NCBI GenBank assembly: GCA_041488995.1 | Contig: JBGPQJ010000001.1 | Span: 1 to 60,981 of the forward strand | Reading direction: 5' to 3' | Origin: Anaerolineae bacterium | GTDB lineage: Bacteria; Chloroflexota; Anaerolineae; Anaerolineales; Villigracilaceae | DNA length: 60,981 nt | In this document: positions 57,001 to 60,981 of the stretch, piece by piece | Numbering within the stretch: position 1 is the first letter of the stretch | Layout of the letters: each line of letters starts with the position of its first letter | Position numbers and translations under genes: made by a program | The notes under the pieces: model-generated | Databases searched by the model: none | Seen by the model: only the letters and a program-made list of their open reading frames with translations | Told to the model about the DNA's origin: nothing

Positions 57001-58803
57001 TCACAGGCGACTCGCTCTTAAGTTCTCAAAGCCCTGGCGCGCCTTTTCCAGCGCAGCGGGGTCTTTCCAACTCGAAGGCACCTTCAACTTCTTTTCGTCA
57101 AAAGTATTCCCCTGGCGAATTTGAAAATAACGCACCTTGTTCTTCGGAACACGGTACTCATCCAGGAACATAGCCAGCAAACTGTTTGCCTGCCGATCAA
57201 CATCATCACGCGGGAGATAAACCATCCCGTCTTCCTGGCAGTCCTTACCTTTTTCACATCGGCAATACACCGCAATCCCAGTTTCAACCAGTTTCCACCC
57301 ACGCATGCACAGTTCGCGTTTTTTGACCATTGCGTAAGCCGTAATTGTGCCGGACAATGGGTCAGCGTAGACTTCCACATAGTCCGCGAGCGGTTTGAGC
57401 GGGACAGTTTTCAGGCGAGATGGCCGGGCTGTGAGCTTTTCCCGTTTCGCGGACGTTTTTGGCAGGGGGGTCGCTTCCGTTTTTGATGTGGCTATTTTCT
57501 TCCCGTCGCTTACTTCTGGTAAGACGGAGTTTTCATTTTCGGGAAGGATTTTGCGAGGCTGCCCCTGATCAGCGTGACATGCGCCCACATGCTCGCTGCA
57601 GGTCGACCGCTTGCACTCAACACAGCGCACAAGGCTGTTGACGCACACCGGGCGCTCGCACACGACGCAGGCCTGCACTTCATGGGCGCACTTCTGGCAG
57701 TATGTGCGTTTGCAGTCCACACACTGCGGCGCAAGACATCCCGTGTGCGCCAGATGACCGTTTTCACACAAAAGGAGCGACTGCCCTGCCTGGCCGCACA
57801 CATCGCAGCACAGCGACTCAACGCCATGCAGCAGCGGATTCCAACTCGTCACCCGTTTAATCGTCACCGCACGCTTACGGATTTCCACTGTCAAATCCAG
57901 CTTTGGCAAGGCGACGATGGCGAGATTCAGTAGTTCCAACTGGATGCGTAGGTGATATTTTTGGGCTGCATCGGCCAATTTCGCTTCACGTTCAACAGCG
58001 ATGGCCGCAATTTTCGATTCCAACGCGTTGCGGCGGTCGTCTTCGGCTTTTTGCAGACGGCGCTCGGCGTCTTTCAACAGGTCAGCGTAGTAATCGGTGA
58101 GGCGAGCGCGGTCAAGTTCCAGAAAACGTCCTAGGCGTTTTTGGAGGTGCGCCAGTGTCTCGCCCAGAGTCGGTGGCACCGATTGGCGTGCGCGCTCCAG
58201 CAGCGCCGCCAGTGTTTGGGGGATAAGCGGCGGCTGATTGTTCCAAAATACGTTGGCGGATGGAACGTTGTGATGCTCACTCTGCGTATCGAGAATGGCC
58301 ACTCGCTCAATATCAGCCCCGGTAACGGAGCAGCCTCGTTGCACATCCATCCATACAGGCAGAATCAGTTCGCGTTTTTCATCTGCAATCAGACTGACTT
58401 TGAAGTTGAAACGGGCGTAGTGGTGCATGCGCACCTGTGTTGCCGCGCCAGGCACAGGAAACATTTTGGCGTTGGGTAAAGAGGTGGCTTTTTCAATGAC
58501 GGCATATAATCCGGGCTTTTCAGGGCGCACATTGTTGATGAAGAATTGCCCGTTGGGGTTTTGCCAGCGCAGTTCATTGACGATAGCTTCTACGAACGCG
58601 TGGCCGTAATGCAAAAAAGTAACGCCAGGCTGGCTGTTGGCGGCATTGAAGGTGAGACGCTGGTGCGGCGCAACACCCCAGCGGGCGGCTACTTCATCTG
58701 GCAGCAGGGTTTCGTAGATGCCATAGGCGGGTGGATCCACCCAGCCGCCCATCTGGCGGCAAGCGCCGAGCACGAGTTGTTCGAGAGTGGTATCTTGATC
58801 CAT
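57001..58803 (-). CDS. hypothetical 600-aa protein with a central cluster of five CxxC motifs (multi-zinc-ribbon), operonic with the SNF2 helicase
   Basis: Starts 3 nt after the helicase stop. Residues 332-409 read CCDVCGQ...CENGH...CLAPQCVDCKRTYCQKCAHEVQACVVCERPVCVNSLVRCVECKRSTCSEHVGACH. A coiled-coil-like segment spans about 215-300. The N- and C-terminal domains are unassigned. Confidence 0.65.
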   Translation of the reverse strand: MDQDTTLEQLVLGACRQMGGWVDPPAYGIYETLLPDEVAARWGVAPHQRLTFNAANSQPGVTFLHYGHAFVEAIVNELRWQNPNGQFFINNVRPEKPGLYAVIEKATSLPNAKMFPVPGAATQVRMHHYARFNFKVSLIADEKRELILPVWMDVQRGCSVTGADIERVAILDTQSEHHNVPSANVFWNNQPPLIPQTLAALLERARQSVPPTLGETLAHLQKRLGRFLELDRARLTDYYADLLKDAERRLQKAEDDRRNALESKIAAIAVEREAKLADAAQKYHLRIQLELLNLAIVALPKLDLTVEIRKRAVTIKRVTSWNPLLHGVESLCCDVCGQAGQSLLLCENGHLAHTGCLAPQCVDCKRTYCQKCAHEVQACVVCERPVCVNSLVRCVECKRSTCSEHVGACHADQGQPRKILPENENSVLPEVSDGKKIATSKTEATPLPKTSAKREKLTARPSRLKTVPLKPLADYVEVYADPLSGTITAYAMVKKRELCMRGWKLVETGIAVYCRCEKGKDCQEDGMVYLPRDDVDRQANSLLAMFLDEYRVPKNKVRYFQIRQGNTFDEKKLKVPSSWKDPAALEKARQGFENLRASRL

Positions 58804-58806
58804 GAG

Positions 58807-60630
58807 CTATTCTGCCGAAAAGTCTTCGCCGAACAAGGCTTCGTCGTATTCCTGGGCTTGCTGGTGCGCCTGCCGCGCCTGGACAAGGCTCTCGCCCAGT
58901 TGGGTAAACCCGGCACGCAGTTCTTCTGCGCTCTGAGATCCCACCCAAACATCGACCAGCAGGTCTTCAAAATCACCCTCGTCAGAAAACTGCCCCAAAA
59001 TCATATCCATTTCGCCGATGACCAGTTCAAACATGTTGAGTTTTTGGTCGAGTATCTCAAGCAGGTAATCCTCCACTGTGCCACGTGCCGAAAGATTGTA
59101 GATGCGGACGTCGCGGGTCTGTCCCACACGATGAATGCGCCCAACGCGCTGTTCTATGCGCATGGGGTTCCATGGAATGTCGAAATTCACCATCGTCCGG
59201 CAAAACTGGAGGTTGCGCCCTTCCCCTGCAGCCTCGGTGGAGAGCAAAACGCGGGCGCGTTTCTCAAACGTTTCAATGGCCTGGTTTTTGGCGCTGATAT
59301 CCATCTCGCCGTGATAGGTGACGAAATCGATATTCATTTGCCGCAGAAGCTCCGAGAGCCGGTCGATGGTGCGGCGGAAGTGGGTGAAAATGATGATCTT
59401 CTCGGTCGGGTCGCGCAGAATGGTTATGAGTAATTTTTCGAGCGCATCGGCCTTAGCCCAAGCGCGGATTTGTATAGACTGGTCGGCTAGGCTGAGTAGG
59501 ACGCGGCGGGCTTCATCGTCGCGAGCGCGGGCTGCCAGGGAGCGCAGCATCGGCTCGGCAGATTGAGGACTGCTGCCGATTTCGCGCTGAAGAGTGAGCA
59601 AAGCAAGCCGGTCCACCTGGCGCAAGCCGGCGTTTTCTCCCCTGCTCCCGATCGCTTCCCCATTAGATAACGGGGTCTGAGTGAGAGATGCGCGGATATA
59701 AGCGCTGACGGCCTGGTAAAACGCGCTTTCCTCCGCAGAAAGATTCAGACGGATGGTATTGGCTTGGCGCGGCGGGAGTTTGATATTGACCTGACTGCGG
59801 GTGTGGCGCACCATCACATCACCTAGCAGTTCGCGCAGTTGGCCGCGGTTTTTTGGCAAACGAGGATCCCCACTGACCACAAACTGTTTGCGGAATTCAC
59901 GCGGTGTTTTCAATTGCCCTGGCTTGAGCAAGGTAATTAAGTTATAAAGTTCGTCGAGGTTGTTCTCAACAGGGGTGGCGGTGAGTAGTAAAATGTACTT
60001 GTGCTGTAACTCGTTGACAAATTTCCATGAGGCACTGTTACGGTTTTTGAGATGATGAGCTTCATCCACCACGATCAAGTCGTAGGGGATTTGGGCGAGA
60101 CGGGCGCGATTTTCAGCCCGTCTCGCGGTAGCCAGCGAGGCAATCAGCAGCGGGAAGCGTTCCCAGGCCTCGGCTCCTGCGGCGCGGAACTCAGCGTCGG
60201 CGCTTGTAACGAAACCGGGTAGGTCAAATTTGACAGCCAGCTCATCGCGCCATTGTTCCACCAGCGCGGCGGGTGTGACCACCATCACACGCTGAACAAT
60301 GTTACGAGTAAGATACTCTTTGAGCACCAGTCCAGCTTCGATGGTTTTGCCCAGCCCGACTTCATCGCAGAACATGCCGCGCCCGCGAAAACGACGCAGC
60401 ATAATCTGAGCAGCATGCACCTGGTAATCGAAAGGCGCAAACTTGAGCAGGTCGAGGCAAATCAACTCGTCGAATCCTCCCACCAGCACGGCATGTTCTG
60501 CCAGCAGGCGCAGATGGTAAAGTTCGCGGCTGGCGAATTGTCCGCCGCTGATGGCTTTGAACAAGCTAGCATCCACCGGCAACAGGCGGATGTCAGTAGC
60601 GGGGAATTTGAGGGATGTGTCAGGTGGCAT
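58807..60630 (-). CDS. SNF2/RapA-like superfamily-2 helicase/ATPase
   Basis: Motifs DEVGLGKTIEA (I), VVDEAHHLKN (II), LLLTATPVENNL (III) and LLSTEAAGEGRNLQ...NFDIPWNPMRIEQRVGRIHRVGQ (V-VI). Start given at ATG 60630 (MPPDTS); the track uses TTG 60642. Confidence 0.88.
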   Translation of the reverse strand: MPPDTSLKFPATDIRLLPVDASLFKAISGGQFASRELYHLRLLAEHAVLVGGFDELICLDLLKFAPFDYQVHAAQIMLRRFRGRGMFCDEVGLGKTIEAGLVLKEYLTRNIVQRVMVVTPAALVEQWRDELAVKFDLPGFVTSADAEFRAAGAEAWERFPLLIASLATARRAENRARLAQIPYDLIVVDEAHHLKNRNSASWKFVNELQHKYILLLTATPVENNLDELYNLITLLKPGQLKTPREFRKQFVVSGDPRLPKNRGQLRELLGDVMVRHTRSQVNIKLPPRQANTIRLNLSAEESAFYQAVSAYIRASLTQTPLSNGEAIGSRGENAGLRQVDRLALLTLQREIGSSPQSAEPMLRSLAARARDDEARRVLLSLADQSIQIRAWAKADALEKLLITILRDPTEKIIIFTHFRRTIDRLSELLRQMNIDFVTYHGEMDISAKNQAIETFEKRARVLLSTEAAGEGRNLQFCRTMVNFDIPWNPMRIEQRVGRIHRVGQTRDVRIYNLSARGTVEDYLLEILDQKLNMFELVIGEMDMILGQFSDEGDFEDLLVDVWVGSQSAEELRAGFTQLGESLVQARQAHQQAQEYDEALFGEDFSAE

Positions 60631-60735
60631 TTTGCTCTTCAATTGACGGGATAAATTATTGCCTAGCGATTATACCTTTGATTCTTGCGAGAAATTTTGG
60701 TGTATGCTTTACAAATGGACTTGATTAATAAATTC

Positions 60736-60776
60736 TAACAAAACACCTGGCAGATGGTCGATCATCTGCCAGGTGT
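60736..60776 (-). terminator. intrinsic terminator of the upstream (right-hand) gene
   Basis: Perfect 14-bp stem ACACCTGGCAGATG / CATCTGCCAGGTGT. On the minus strand it is followed by TTTTGTT. Confidence 0.6.
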
Positions 60777-60835
60777 CCTTCTTTGCAGCGCCCTCAACCC
60801 GCTGTATATGCGGTTCCATTAATAATTAACATTAG

Positions 60836-60981
60836 TCATTTGGAGTTTAGATATTCATCAATTGCCCAGCCAGCTTTTCGACCTGCCACCATGGCAGTCA
60901 CGACCAGGTCTGGTCCGGTCACATCGTCGCCGCCAGCAAATACGCCTTCCCGGGTAGTCTTTCCGGTTCGGTTGTCCACAA
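60836..60981 (-). CDS. C-terminal fragment of a glutamate synthase small-subunit-like (GltD / pyridine nucleotide-disulfide oxidoreductase) protein; 5' end outside window
   Basis: My manual minus-strand translation gives VDNRTGKTTREGVFAGGDDVTGPDLVVTAMVAGRKAGWAIDEYLNSK-stop. The GVFAxGD...VxAxxxGRxAxxxI pattern is typical of the GltD-like FAD C-terminus. Confidence 0.5.
   Translation of the reverse strand, partial: VDNRTGKTTREGVFAGGDDVTGPDLVVTAMVAGRKAGWAIDEYLNSK

Noticed and set aside
57001-57310. SWIM zinc finger (CxCxnCxH) in the C-terminal domain of the helicase partner
   Set aside because: YCRCEKGKDCQED has CxC and a third Cys but no following CxH-type His. I cannot support a SWIM call from the sequence.
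58546-59433. 295-aa plus-strand ORF (and a similar one at 60253-60654) overlapping the SNF2 helicase gene
   Set aside because: It lies antisense to a gene with unmistakable SNF2 motifs. Its composition (rich in G, A, R, H and F) is typical of shadow ORFs in GC-rich coding DNA, and it has no recognisable motif or RBS.
1-60981. CRISPR arrays, tRNA/rRNA genes, transposases/integrases, prophage genes
   Set aside because: I scanned the intergenic regions and the ORF translations by eye and saw no regularly spaced repeats, no cloverleaf-like or rRNA-like segments, and no DDE, tyrosine or serine recombinase motifs. A tRNAscan/Infernal run would be needed to exclude small RNAs formally.

Overview
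This 61-kb window looks like a moderately GC-rich bacterial chromosomal core. Genes are densely packed on both strands and are mostly housekeeping or cell-envelope functions. The gene content is DUF5666, DUF3048, PD40/TolB-like, VanW, LCP, divergent PAP2, ADP-forming acetyl-CoA synthetase and SelA. From that I infer a Chloroflexota/Anaerolineae-like organism, but I cannot verify this without a search. Recognisable genes include recA, tsaD, selA, serC, a serA-like dehydrogenase, pepA, xseA/xseB, murJ, kynureninase, hbd plus thiolase, an ECF sigma/anti-sigma pair, a penicillin-acylase-family hydrolase and an SNF2 helicase. By eye I found no rRNA, tRNA, CRISPR array, transposase, integrase or phage structural genes. 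The strongest observation is a gene the ORF track splits in two (55008-55277 and 54045-54983). The two pieces are in frame and separated by a single TGA. That TGA sits exactly where the first Cys of the DsbA CxxC motif should be (EYGDFQ-TGA-PYC). A 7-bp hairpin with a GU-containing loop lies 17 nt downstream, and selA is in the same window. This makes it a candidate exported UxxC selenoprotein: a lipoprotein with a DsbA-like domain fused to a cyclophilin PPIase. It is translationally coupled to a PrsW-like intramembrane protease. Other items worth follow-up:
- an SNF2 helicase operonic with a 600-aa protein carrying five clustered CxxC motifs
- an orphan 847-aa HerA/FtsK-like ATPase with a coiled-coil tail
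- a lipoyl-domain plus PSBD-like plus NeuD-type hexapeptide acyltransferase fusion
- an untracked ribbon-helix-helix small ORF overlapping (TAATG) an 80-aa ORF
- a DedA gene broken by a 1-nt shift in a homopolymer
- a 32-nt hairpin present twice (28/32 identical), bracketing an orphan lipoprotein gene

All family assignments come from motif recognition by eye, not from database searches.
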